A DNA stretch of 27,228 nt from a virus (lineage: Duplodnaviria > Caudoviricetes): positions 1 through 27,228 of IMG/VR virus record IMGVR_UViG_3300025375_000017; one strand, given 5' to 3'. A program made the position numbers and the translations under genes. Positions 15,817 through 23,615 of the stretch are shown piece by piece (the stretch's first letter is position 1; the number at the start of each line of letters is the position of its first letter). The notes beneath the pieces are model-generated. The model saw only the letters and a list, made by a program, of their open reading frames with translations, did not search any database and had not been told where the DNA came from.

Positions 15817-16023
15817 ATGACAATGATTACCAACCCAACACAAATTGCTACCTTTAGATATTGCACCATGCTAAGGGGGCTAGGGCTTGAATTAAAGGGC
15901 TTAAGAATGTCCAAAGGCATGACTATGTATGCTCTCATCAAAAAAGAGTTAAACCTTAAAGGCACAAGGGAAAGCGTATATAACCAATTAGCCGATATGC
16001 TAGGAAAGCCCCGCATTGTTTAA
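15817..16023 (+). CDS. Hypothetical basic protein
   Basis: 68 aa; GGGAG-TTTAAAC-ATG start and GTT-TAA end. Confidence 0.75.
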   Translation: MTMITNPTQIATFRYCTMLRGLGLELKGLRMSKGMTMYALIKKELNLKGTRESVYNQLADMLGKPRIV

Positions 16024-16070
16024 ACACTATGACCCATTTTAAATTTATCACACAACCGAAAGGCAACACC

Positions 16071-16313
16071 ATGAACAAATTACAAGTTAAACCAATCGCA
16101 AGCAATATGACCCTGTTAGAAACACCGAAGCATATTGTTTTATTCTCATACGCAACCCCTGTTGCTAGTTTTGATAAAGCCACCTATTCATTCAACCGCA
16201 CCGCTAAAAAGTGGTCTATGACAACCTCTCGCCACATCAATAAATGGTTAGATGGTGCAAAGGCACACGAACACCCACAAGAATATTTTGACAACCTTTT
16301 AGGGAGTGTTTAA
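16071..16313 (+). CDS. Hypothetical protein
   Basis: Start moved to MNKLQV after GAAAGGCAACACC; ends GTT-TAA. Confidence 0.75.
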   Translation: MNKLQVKPIASNMTLLETPKHIVLFSYATPVASFDKATYSFNRTAKKWSMTTSRHINKWLDGAKAHEHPQEYFDNLLGSV

Positions 16314-16316
16314 ACA

Positions 16317-16388
16317 ATGCGACATCTTATAGGTTTAATTATAGCCCTTGCAGTTATCACAATTATTTTATGGGGAACAACATTATGA
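16317..16388 (+). CDS. 23-aa single-pass membrane peptide
   Basis: MRHLIGLIIALAVITIILWGTTL; GGGAG RBS + GTTTAAAC-AATG; ATGA overlap with the next gene. Confidence 0.55.
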   Translation: MRHLIGLIIALAVITIILWGTTL

Positions 16389-16552
16389 TTAACGAATATT
16401 TTAAGCAAGGTGATCGGGCTATATGGTGCGGGTTTGATGAGGTCGAGATAGTCGATATATCGGGCGAGTGGGCTACCATTCGTTTCCCTGATACCCATAG
16501 CACCACGATCACCAACACCAAACATTTAGAGGAGTGTTTAAACGATGTCTAA
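16385..16552 (+). CDS. Hypothetical protein (small SH3-like beta barrel pattern)
   Basis: MINEYFKQGDRAIW...; translationally coupled start. Confidence 0.65.
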   Translation: MINEYFKQGDRAIWCGFDEVEIVDISGEWATIRFPDTHSTTITNTKHLEECLNDV

Positions 16553-16646
16553 AGATGACCTATATTGCACCCTCTTATTATTAGGGTTATTACTGATATT
16601 TATATTAGCCCCTGATCTATACAATCCCGCTTATGTTCAATCTTAA
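16545..16646 (+). CDS. 33-aa membrane peptide
   Basis: MSKDDLYCTLLLLGLLLIFILAPDLYNPAYVQS; GAGGAG RBS + GTTTAAAC-GATG. Confidence 0.55.
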   Translation: MSKDDLYCTLLLLGLLLIFILAPDLYNPAYVQS

Positions 16647-16839
16647 AGAGGGCGATTGGGTGCAGTATAGGGACAAGTTTGCTAGGGTGCATGGTGCAAC
16701 CAAAGCGGGCAGACACCTTATAGAAACCGCACCTAACGAGGATAATTTTGTTTATAGGCATTGGGTCAAGCCTTTAAGTATCACACCATTAGACCCCGCA
16801 GTTAGTAGCATTTTAGAGAGTATTTACGAAGTAGTTTAA
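16633..16839 (+). CDS. Hypothetical protein (LKEGDWV, SH3-like)
   Basis: 68 aa; ends GTT-TAA. Confidence 0.65.
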   Translation: MFNLKEGDWVQYRDKFARVHGATKAGRHLIETAPNEDNFVYRHWVKPLSITPLDPAVSSILESIYEVV

Positions 16840-16863
16840 ACACAACCAACGAAAGGCAACACC

Positions 16864-17943
16864 ATGTCAGATTTATATAAGTCGCTATCACTTAACGACA
16901 CCGCCAATTTGATTCTAGCAGTAGGCGATTCAACCACAGTCCTAGCACAGGGCGAAATGGGGATTGGTAAGTCCTCTATTCTGTCCATCTTGAAATCTAA
17001 ACTAGCAGACACACACCATTTTTGTTATGGTGATATGACAACCAAAGATGTAGGCGATTTTCTAGTCCCTAAGATACGCAGTTTAAACGGCACAGAAGTT
17101 TGCAGTTTTATTCCTAACGAGGAATTTGGTTTTCACTTTGATAAGCCCATTGTTTTAATGCTTGATGAGATCGGCAAGGCAAGTAAGGCAGTAATGAACG
17201 CTTGCTTAAGATTGATGTTAGAACGAAAATTAGGCACATTCGAATTACCCGAAGGCAGTATTGTATTCGCTACAACCAATTTAGCCAACGAAGCTATTGG
17301 GGATAACCTACCACCCCATGCCCGCAATCGTATCTCTGTTGTGAAGGTGCGTAAGCCCTCATCAGATGAGTGGATTGAGTGGGCATTGGACAACAACATC
17401 GCCCCCGAAGTATTGATGACAGTCAAACAGTTTCCGCAGATGTTGGCATCATTCGAGGATTTTGACAAAGCCAATGATAACGAGTATATCTACGACCCAC
17501 GCACACCCCGCCCCGCATTTTGCACCCCACGCAGTTTAAACAAGGCATCAGACATCATTAAAAAGTCCAAGCATTTAGGCATTGACATCATGGCACACGC
17601 ACTAAAGGGAACGATTGGAAACAGAGCCACATATGATATGCTCTCCATCATTCAATTAACAGACGAATTGCCAACATGGGAAGCCATCATTAAAGAGCCA
17701 AGCAAAACGAAAGTGCCTAATAGCCCAAGTGCCGTATGTATGCTAGTTTATTCCGCTATTCAGCAAGTAGAGAAGGAAAGCATCAATAAGTGGGTAGAGT
17801 ATATGGGCAGACTATCCAAAGAAGCACAAGGGCTATTCGCAACATCAGTAATGCGAACATCTAAGAAAACAACAGTTGGCACATCACAGGGGTTTATTAA
17901 ATGGGCTACCGCAAACAATTATCTATTCGCACAGACAGTTTAA
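16864..17943 (+). CDS. MoxR-like AAA+ ATPase
   Basis: Walker A GEMGIGKS, Walker B LMLDE, sensor FATTN, TPRS motif. Confidence 0.88.
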   Translation: MSDLYKSLSLNDTANLILAVGDSTTVLAQGEMGIGKSSILSILKSKLADTHHFCYGDMTTKDVGDFLVPKIRSLNGTEVCSFIPNEEFGFHFDKPIVLMLDEIGKASKAVMNACLRLMLERKLGTFELPEGSIVFATTNLANEAIGDNLPPHARNRISVVKVRKPSSDEWIEWALDNNIAPEVLMTVKQFPQMLASFEDFDKANDNEYIYDPRTPRPAFCTPRSLNKASDIIKKSKHLGIDIMAHALKGTIGNRATYDMLSIIQLTDELPTWEAIIKEPSKTKVPNSPSAVCMLVYSAIQQVEKESINKWVEYMGRLSKEAQGLFATSVMRTSKKTTVGTSQGFIKWATANNYLFAQTV

Positions 17944-17948
17944 ACGCT

Positions 17949-18155
17949 ATGCACAATATCCCTAAACGCAGAGCCAAGAAGATCGAAGATGAGATTCTGA
18001 GGTCTATGCAATACCGCATGAGCCAAGCCACTACACCCGCAGAAAAGCGAGCAGTTGTGGCAGAGGTGAACCCATTGTTCTATGTATTCGGTGAACAACG
18101 CAAGGTGTTTAAACCATACCTAACATACAAGGAAAATTATGAACGAAGCTATTAG
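17949..18155 (+). CDS. Hypothetical protein
   Basis: Start moved to MHNIPK after the ATPase stop; no clear RBS. Confidence 0.55.
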   Translation: MHNIPKRRAKKIEDEILRSMQYRMSQATTPAEKRAVVAEVNPLFYVFGEQRKVFKPYLTYKENYERSY

Positions 18156-18285
18156 AATTATTGATATGTTGGTGGGTTTGATCTACGATTTATACCCTGA
18201 CGAGGAATACGAGGAATTGTATGGGATTAAAGATAAGATTGAACAAGCCCAACAATTTGTAGATAAACAGGCACAGGGAGTTTAA
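18139..18285 (+). CDS. 48-aa acidic hypothetical protein
   Basis: MNEAIRIIDMLVGLIYDLYPDEEYEELYGIKDKIEQAQQFVDKQAQGV; AAGGA RBS; ends GTT-TAA. Below the ORF-track cutoff. Confidence 0.65.
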   Translation: MNEAIRIIDMLVGLIYDLYPDEEYEELYGIKDKIEQAQQFVDKQAQGV

Positions 18286-18287
18286 AC

Positions 18288-18512
18288 ATGGCACTAACCG
18301 CAGAACAACGCATTGAATACTCATCACTTGAAATTATGACCGAAGTGGCATGGCAAGTCGGTGATAATTTAAAAGATGCACCTAGAGCAGAGAGTAGGTG
18401 GTATGTTGTGGATTTAGCACAAAGAATCATTGATGCTAATATTATTACAGTAGATAGCGAAGATATAGACGAAACAATCCACACTTGGCTAATTCAAAAT
18501 GGAGAGGTTTAA
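18288..18512 (+). CDS. Acidic hypothetical protein sharing its first 10 aa with the next gene
   Basis: 74 aa starting MALTAEQRIE. Confidence 0.75.
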   Translation: MALTAEQRIEYSSLEIMTEVAWQVGDNLKDAPRAESRWYVVDLAQRIIDANIITVDSEDIDETIHTWLIQNGEV

Positions 18513-18514
18513 AC

Positions 18515-19666
18515 ATGGCACTAACCGCAGAACAACGCATTGAGAGATGCCACATTGAGTTAATGAAGCACCCGCATTTTGTGGCTTATTCGGGTATCTT
18601 GATGATTGGTGATTGTAAGGTAGAGGACAACCTACCAACCGCTTGCACCAATGGTCGTGATGTTCGTTATGGTCGCAAGTTTGTAGAGAGTTTAAACGAT
18701 ACCGATTTGCGAGGGGTTATCTTGCATGAAGCCAAGCACAAAATGTATCGCCATCTACTAACATGGAAGCATTTAAACAAGCAAGACCCACAGAGGGCAA
18801 ACATGGCTTGTGATTATGTCATCAATCTTGAATTGGTAGATGAGTGCAAGCGATCAAGCGGGTTTGTATCACTACCCAAAGGTGGATTGGTAAGCGAAGA
18901 TTTTAGAGGGCTTAATTCCGCAGAGGTGTTCAACCTATTACCGCCACAACCTAAAGGCAATGGTGGTGATGGTGGGTTTGACGAACACGACTGGGAGGGG
19001 GCAGATGGTTTAAACGATGCCGAGAAAACCGAGTTAGCCAAAGAGATCGACCAAGCCATTCGTCAAGGTGCAATTTTAGCGGGTAAGGTGGGCGGGAATG
19101 TTGATCGCAGTTTCACCGACCTTATGAGTGCCAAAGTAGATTGGAAAGAAGCCCTTAGAGAGTTTGTGTCTAGCGTATCACAGGGTAAAGACGATTCGAC
19201 ATGGCGAAAACCTAACCGCAGATGGCTTCAGCATGACATCTATATGCCATCAACCATTAGCGAATCAATGGGGCGAGTGGTGGTGGCTATTGATACATCG
19301 GGTAGTATTTATGGTGAAGTCCTTAACCGATTCATTAGCGAGGTGGCAAGTGTCATGCAGAATATGAACCCCGAACAGGTAGATTTACTGTATTGGGATT
19401 GTGAAGTAGCGGGGCATGAGGTATATGGTTTAAACGATGCCGATAGAATGACATCATCAACCAAGCCTAAAGGTGGTGGTGGCACAAGTCCGAAGTGCAT
19501 CACCCAATATATGCGTAAGCATAAGATAGACCCTGTATGTGCCATCATTCTCACCGATGGGTATGTGGGGAACGATTGGGGTGGACAATGGAATTGCCCT
19601 ACCTTGTGGACAATCACAAGCGACATCAAATCACCAATCGGTCAAACTATCAAAATCGAAGTTTAA
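18515..19666 (+). CDS. DUF2201-like metallopeptidase + VWA domain protein (partner of the AAA ATPase)
   Basis: TACTNG, HEAKH (HExxH), MIDAS DTSGS, GGGGT and LTDG motifs; start at MALTAEQ after a GGAG RBS. Confidence 0.88.
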   Translation: MALTAEQRIERCHIELMKHPHFVAYSGILMIGDCKVEDNLPTACTNGRDVRYGRKFVESLNDTDLRGVILHEAKHKMYRHLLTWKHLNKQDPQRANMACDYVINLELVDECKRSSGFVSLPKGGLVSEDFRGLNSAEVFNLLPPQPKGNGGDGGFDEHDWEGADGLNDAEKTELAKEIDQAIRQGAILAGKVGGNVDRSFTDLMSAKVDWKEALREFVSSVSQGKDDSTWRKPNRRWLQHDIYMPSTISESMGRVVVAIDTSGSIYGEVLNRFISEVASVMQNMNPEQVDLLYWDCEVAGHEVYGLNDADRMTSSTKPKGGGGTSPKCITQYMRKHKIDPVCAIILTDGYVGNDWGGQWNCPTLWTITSDIKSPIGQTIKIEV

Positions 19667-19669
19667 ACA

Positions 19670-20632
19670 ATGTGGAGGAAAATTGAAATGAGTTATTACA
19701 GAGCATCTTGCAGTCCATACGATGTGCAGTCAGCACAAGGTGGGGCATTTACATTTGCCACAGTTAAAGAACGCTACGAAAACACTAAGCCAATTCAAGG
19801 CAAGCGAAAGGCAGATAACATTAGACCAATCAATCGTAGAGATAGGTCGCAAGAACGCATTGTTAAGGTAAGCGATACCGAGTATTACATTACCTTTGAT
19901 GGCTATAAGTTTCGACCAACTCATAACAGGGCGATTACATGGAGTTTAAACAATGGCATGGAATTTATGACCATTCACACCCCACGCAAAACATGGTCAA
20001 GCACAGACCCAACCGAGTTATATCCACGCTTTTTGTCTAGTGCATCGGTATTTTGGTTTTATGATTTCAATATGCCAAGTGGGTTTAACATGGTTAATTA
20101 TTATGTTAATAAGTATGTTCGCTATAAAGACAAACATTACACCATTGAACAGGGTGATATTATGTTCCAACGCAAACAAGGTGAATCTGATTGGCAACCA
20201 CTATTAGTCCACAGGCAGTTTAAACACCATATAGACAAGGAAAAGACTAAGGAATTAAAAGAGAGTATTAAGCCGTTCCTAGAATACTATGACACCATGT
20301 CGGGGATTGTTGATACAAATTATGGGTGGGGTAATGGCATACATCGGGCTATTATTGGTGATGATAATTGGCGGGGTGTTTCCCAAGATGAGGTATTGGC
20401 ATTTATGAAGCCTACCGATGGCAACATTCCTGATGGGTGGTTAAGCATGGTAGAACGCTACAAGTCCAAGATTACATATCGCACTTATGGCGATGCAGAA
20501 GCAATCGAACGCAGAGGTGAATTAGAAAAGGTAATTACTAAAGACCTATTCGAGTTAGCAAAACCATGTAAAGCAATCGAAGTCCCACTAGGTCAAGTTT
20601 GTATTGACCGCTACAAAAAATGGTATAGATAA
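19670..20632 (+). CDS. Hypothetical protein
   Basis: 320-aa ORF; alternative start at 19688 behind GGAGG. Confidence 0.8.
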   Translation: MWRKIEMSYYRASCSPYDVQSAQGGAFTFATVKERYENTKPIQGKRKADNIRPINRRDRSQERIVKVSDTEYYITFDGYKFRPTHNRAITWSLNNGMEFMTIHTPRKTWSSTDPTELYPRFLSSASVFWFYDFNMPSGFNMVNYYVNKYVRYKDKHYTIEQGDIMFQRKQGESDWQPLLVHRQFKHHIDKEKTKELKESIKPFLEYYDTMSGIVDTNYGWGNGIHRAIIGDDNWRGVSQDEVLAFMKPTDGNIPDGWLSMVERYKSKITYRTYGDAEAIERRGELEKVITKDLFELAKPCKAIEVPLGQVCIDRYKKWYR

Positions 20633-20642
20633 GGAAAAGAAA

Positions 20643-21476
20643 ATGCCCAAATTCAATGTTAAAGCAAACAAATTTAGTGATGTTGATACAGTAGATTGTT
20701 TGATTGATCTAGCCAATCAAATATCTAAGGTAGTCCCCGACATATCGTTTAAACATGGTGGCATGGAAAAGTGGGGAGTTGATTTAGAAAAGCACCCCGA
20801 TGGTGTTTGCCAATCTCTCAAAGTATTCCACGCAGATGATTTAAACAACCATATAGGTGTTATTGAGGTGTCAAATTTTTATGGGGAAACAGATAAGCCC
20901 AAGTATGGTATCTCCTCTATCAATATCAATGATGGTAGGCAGACCTATAACGAGAATGGTCAGCATAAATACTCTATCAATATCAAGAACATTGTTCGTG
21001 TTGCCAAAAAGGTATTAAAGCCCTTTACATTCAATCAGATTGCAGACAGGCATAAGCGGGAGTTTGAGAATAATATAGACAGTTTACGCAACAATATGAA
21101 TTGGAAATTACGGCAAAATGTATGCGATGGCTACCAACATCTTATTGATGACATCGAGAATCTGTATCACTTAGACTACAAACCCAAGAACGATAAGTTT
21201 AAACAGATGATAGAATATGTTATGAATAACAAGGCAAACATCGACAAGTATAGGAATTACAAACCACCCCACTATTTTGTATTGGTTAAGAACAACCTAG
21301 TTCAATATAGATTGATGGGGGATAAACTAGCTGAGCCATTTACTATCCGAGCAAAAGACGAATTGCCTGATGAGATCAAGGGTAAGTTGTTTGTCCTAGA
21401 TATTACAGAGGGCAAGGATTTTGTGGAGGACATCGGTTTAAAACAAAACGATGGTGCATATTGGATAATAGCCTAA
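20643..21476 (+). CDS. Hypothetical protein
   Basis: Start moved to MPKFNV after TAAGGA. Confidence 0.8.
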   Translation: MPKFNVKANKFSDVDTVDCLIDLANQISKVVPDISFKHGGMEKWGVDLEKHPDGVCQSLKVFHADDLNNHIGVIEVSNFYGETDKPKYGISSININDGRQTYNENGQHKYSINIKNIVRVAKKVLKPFTFNQIADRHKREFENNIDSLRNNMNWKLRQNVCDGYQHLIDDIENLYHLDYKPKNDKFKQMIEYVMNNKANIDKYRNYKPPHYFVLVKNNLVQYRLMGDKLAEPFTIRAKDELPDEIKGKLFVLDITEGKDFVEDIGLKQNDGAYWIIA

Positions 21477-21676
21477 AAGCGGGGGATTGGTTTATGCTAG
21501 ATGATTGGGGCAGTCTAGCCCGATTAGATAGCATAAACTACTCCGACCCCACTACCGCATACATACAAATATTTGATGAGGGGTGTTATACCTATGTATT
21601 TCAAGATATTAGATTGAAAGACCATAATATAACCAAGATAACCAAAGAAGTAGCCGACATAATGCGAGGTGTTTAA
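21461..21676 (+). CDS. Hypothetical protein ending ITKEVADIMRGV
   Basis: 71 aa with TTG start. Confidence 0.65.
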   Translation: MDNSLKAGDWFMLDDWGSLARLDSINYSDPTTAYIQIFDEGCYTYVFQDIRLKDHNITKITKEVADIMRGV

Positions 21677-21679
21677 ACA

Positions 21680-21874
21680 ATGACAACATATTTAATGCAC
21701 AAAACAAAAAGTTGGGTGGGGTTTGCTGATCTACCAAAATGGGTAAATTTTGACGAACAACCACCTAGAAGTTTTAATGTATATTGGTATACCATAAATT
21801 GTGCTATGCAAGGTTCAACAACCCATGTTGTCCCGATAACCAAAGAAGTTGCTGATATAATAAGGGGTGTTTAA
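21680..21874 (+). CDS. Hypothetical protein ending ITKEVADIIRGV
   Basis: 64 aa; GAGGT RBS + GTTTAAAC-AATG. Confidence 0.7.
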   Translation: MTTYLMHKTKSWVGFADLPKWVNFDEQPPRSFNVYWYTINCAMQGSTTHVVPITKEVADIIRGV

Positions 21875-21877
21875 ACA

Positions 21878-22231
21878 ATGTATAAATCAAGCATAGTGAT
21901 AGAACGAATGGATTACCTAATGATGGAACAGGATAGTGGAGAGCCTGTGTTTCCCCGATCTGAATTTAGGGCGATGATAGGCGAGGTATTATGCACACCA
22001 ATCGAACAGATATGGCGGGTTAGATTCTATGATGATGACACAGTAGCCCTATATAGTTTTGCCATGCCACAGACCGAAAAAAATTTACCCCCTACACATC
22101 GTTTAAACAGGGAGTCAATTCCACAATGGATTAGTGAACGAATCTGTGTCTTGCAGATATGCGAAGATGGGGACATCGTAGAGGGTGTAGGGCAAAAAGT
22201 ATCAGACAGGGTGTTCTATGTCATCGAATAA
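21878..22231 (+). CDS. Hypothetical protein
   Basis: 117 aa. Its C-terminus (IPQWISERICVLQI..GDIVEGVGQK) resembles that of 20643..21476 (LPDEIKGKLFVLDI..KDFVEDIGLK), so the two are possible paralogues. Confidence 0.75.
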   Translation: MYKSSIVIERMDYLMMEQDSGEPVFPRSEFRAMIGEVLCTPIEQIWRVRFYDDDTVALYSFAMPQTEKNLPPTHRLNRESIPQWISERICVLQICEDGDIVEGVGQKVSDRVFYVIE

Positions 22232-22346
22232 GTATGATGATTTCGGTGAGCTAGTGTGGGCTTCACCCCAGAAACCAAAACGCAATCTGGCAAAGAAATG
22301 CAATTTTAAAGACGCGTTTAAACTACTAGGAAGGGCTTTATTTTGA
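22218..22346 (+). CDS. 42-aa hypothetical protein
   Basis: MSSNKYDDFGELVWASPQKPKR...LLGRALF; overlaps both neighbours. Confidence 0.45.
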   Translation: MSSNKYDDFGELVWASPQKPKRNLAKKCNFKDAFKLLGRALF

Positions 22347-22489
22347 TTGAGATTATCACAAGTTTTGTATATTTACCTGTCATAGCCATAATGTATGTAG
22401 TTAAGGGGTTATGGTGGGTGGTAAGCAATTCATGGTGGGCTTTATTACTTTCCTATCTGTATGTAGCATATAGGCATTACCAAAAGTAA
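22343..22489 (+). CDS. 48-aa hydrophobic membrane protein
   Basis: TTG start overlapping the previous TGA; IEIITSFVYLPVIAIMYVVKGLWWVVSNSWWALLLLSYLYVAYRHYQK. Confidence 0.45.
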   Translation: MIEIITSFVYLPVIAIMYVVKGLWWVVSNSWWALLLSYLYVAYRHYQK

Positions 22490-22492
22490 TAA

Positions 22493-22552
22493 ACGCACCA
22501 TTTTGGTGCGTGTGTGGTATAATAGGGGCTTATCCACAAAATAAGCCCCTAT
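22493..22552 (+). promoter_or_regulatory. Promoter of the sigma gene: NtrC-like palindrome, extended -10, DnaA box within a 12-bp hairpin
   Basis: ACGCACCATTTTGGTGCGT (22493-22511), TGGTATAAT (22515-22523), TTATCCACA (22530-22538), stem ATAGGGGCTTAT/ATAAGCCCCTAT. Confidence 0.65.
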
Positions 22553-23120
22553 GATTGATAACGACATTCTAAGCGACTACCTACAATCTCTGTATGGTAT
22601 AGAACCCCTCTCAATCGAGGAGGAACACCGACTAGCCAAGCTAGTGCAACAAGGTGATGAGAAAGCCCTAGACACCCTAGTAACCCACAACCTACGATTC
22701 GTGGTCTATATCGTCAGGAAGATGACCGCATGGAATCATGGCAAAGTGCCTGTTGAGGATATGGTGGCGATGGGTAACGAAGCCCTACTTGTATCGGCTA
22801 GGCGATGGAAACCAACCAATAATTCTAGGTTAGCTACCTATGCCAAGACATTCATTGAAAAGGGGGTGCGTAGGGATTTAGATAACACCGCAAACATCAT
22901 CAGGCTACCTATAAACATCATGGAAGCGATTAAGCGACTAAGCTATAACGACAGGGCATTAACCCAAATACTAGGTCGTAAGCCCAAAACCAAAGAATTA
23001 GCCAAGATAATGCAGGTATCCGAAGCAAGGATAGCTGAATTGCAAGGATTCATGGCAAGAGAACCTATTTCCATAGACCATTTAAACACCGAGAGAGTAG
23101 CAGATGAGCAAGATGATTGA
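22551..23120 (+). CDS. RNA polymerase sigma70-family factor (regions 1.2-3, no region 4)
   Basis: YLQSL..PLSIEEEHRLA..GDEKALDTLVTHNLRFVV..RLATYA..IIRLP..LGRKPKTKELA; ends after PISID. Confidence 0.88.
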   Translation: MIDNDILSDYLQSLYGIEPLSIEEEHRLAKLVQQGDEKALDTLVTHNLRFVVYIVRKMTAWNHGKVPVEDMVAMGNEALLVSARRWKPTNNSRLATYAKTFIEKGVRRDLDNTANIIRLPINIMEAIKRLSYNDRALTQILGRKPKTKELAKIMQVSEARIAELQGFMAREPISIDHLNTERVADEQDD

Positions 23121-23421
23121 GTTGAACCCCGAACAAACAAGAGCATACAACCGCTACATTATGGCAAGGGATAAGGTAAACAAGAAAGCTAAAAATTGGG
23201 TTAGGGCATCAGATATCTCCCATACAGTAGATATAGTAGGTTTAAACCACCCCCTGTATGTAGTAAATGATGTGTATGTGGAGTATGTGGAAGCATTTAA
23301 ACAATGGCTTAGTGTAGAACCCCGCTTTAGGAACGATGAACGCATGAGGTCGTCTAGGGGGGATTATGGAGTGCCAGCAGATAATTGGGAAGAAAAGCCC
23401 TCTAAAGTTAAGGAATTATGA
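23104..23421 (+). CDS. Hypothetical protein overlapping the sigma gene end
   Basis: 105-aa ORF; start may be 23113. Confidence 0.7.
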   Translation: MSKMIELNPEQTRAYNRYIMARDKVNKKAKNWVRASDISHTVDIVGLNHPLYVVNDVYVEYVEAFKQWLSVEPRFRNDERMRSSRGDYGVPADNWEEKPSKVKEL

Positions 23422-23615
23422 TGCAAGTTATACCAACCGATGTATATGACAAAGACGGCAACCTATTGAGGGTGGAGTTTCACGACCACGAAGGTAAGCA
23501 CCATCTCCAAGCTGATTGGGATAGCCGAGATGAGCAAACTAGCGAAAACCGAGATGCTTTCCGAAAATGGGCGTATCAAATGGCAAAACGCTTACATTTT
23601 GACATAAAGCTCTAA
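23418..23615 (+). CDS. Hypothetical protein
   Basis: 65 aa; TAAGGA RBS; ATGA overlap. Confidence 0.7.
   Translation: MMQVIPTDVYDKDGNLLRVEFHDHEGKHHLQADWDSRDEQTSENRDAFRKWAYQMAKRLHFDIKL

Larger units (their letters stand above)
14007..23247. repeat. Dispersed palindromic 8-mer GTTTAAAC, 29 copies
   Basis: Starts at 14007, 14258, 14486, 15227, 15276, 15809, 16018, 16308, 16536, 16834, 17081, 17534, 17938, 18107, 18280, 18507, 18690, 19008, 19428, 19661, 19944, 20218, 20747, 21197, 21671, 21869, 22101, 22316, 23240, plus one outlier at 26064. Confidence 0.95.

Noticed and set aside
14007-23247. GTTTAAAC as integron attC cores or CRISPR repeats
   Set aside because: It does not fit GTTRRRY/RYYYAAC with an intervening hairpin, many copies lie inside ORFs, and no integrase or cas gene is in the window.
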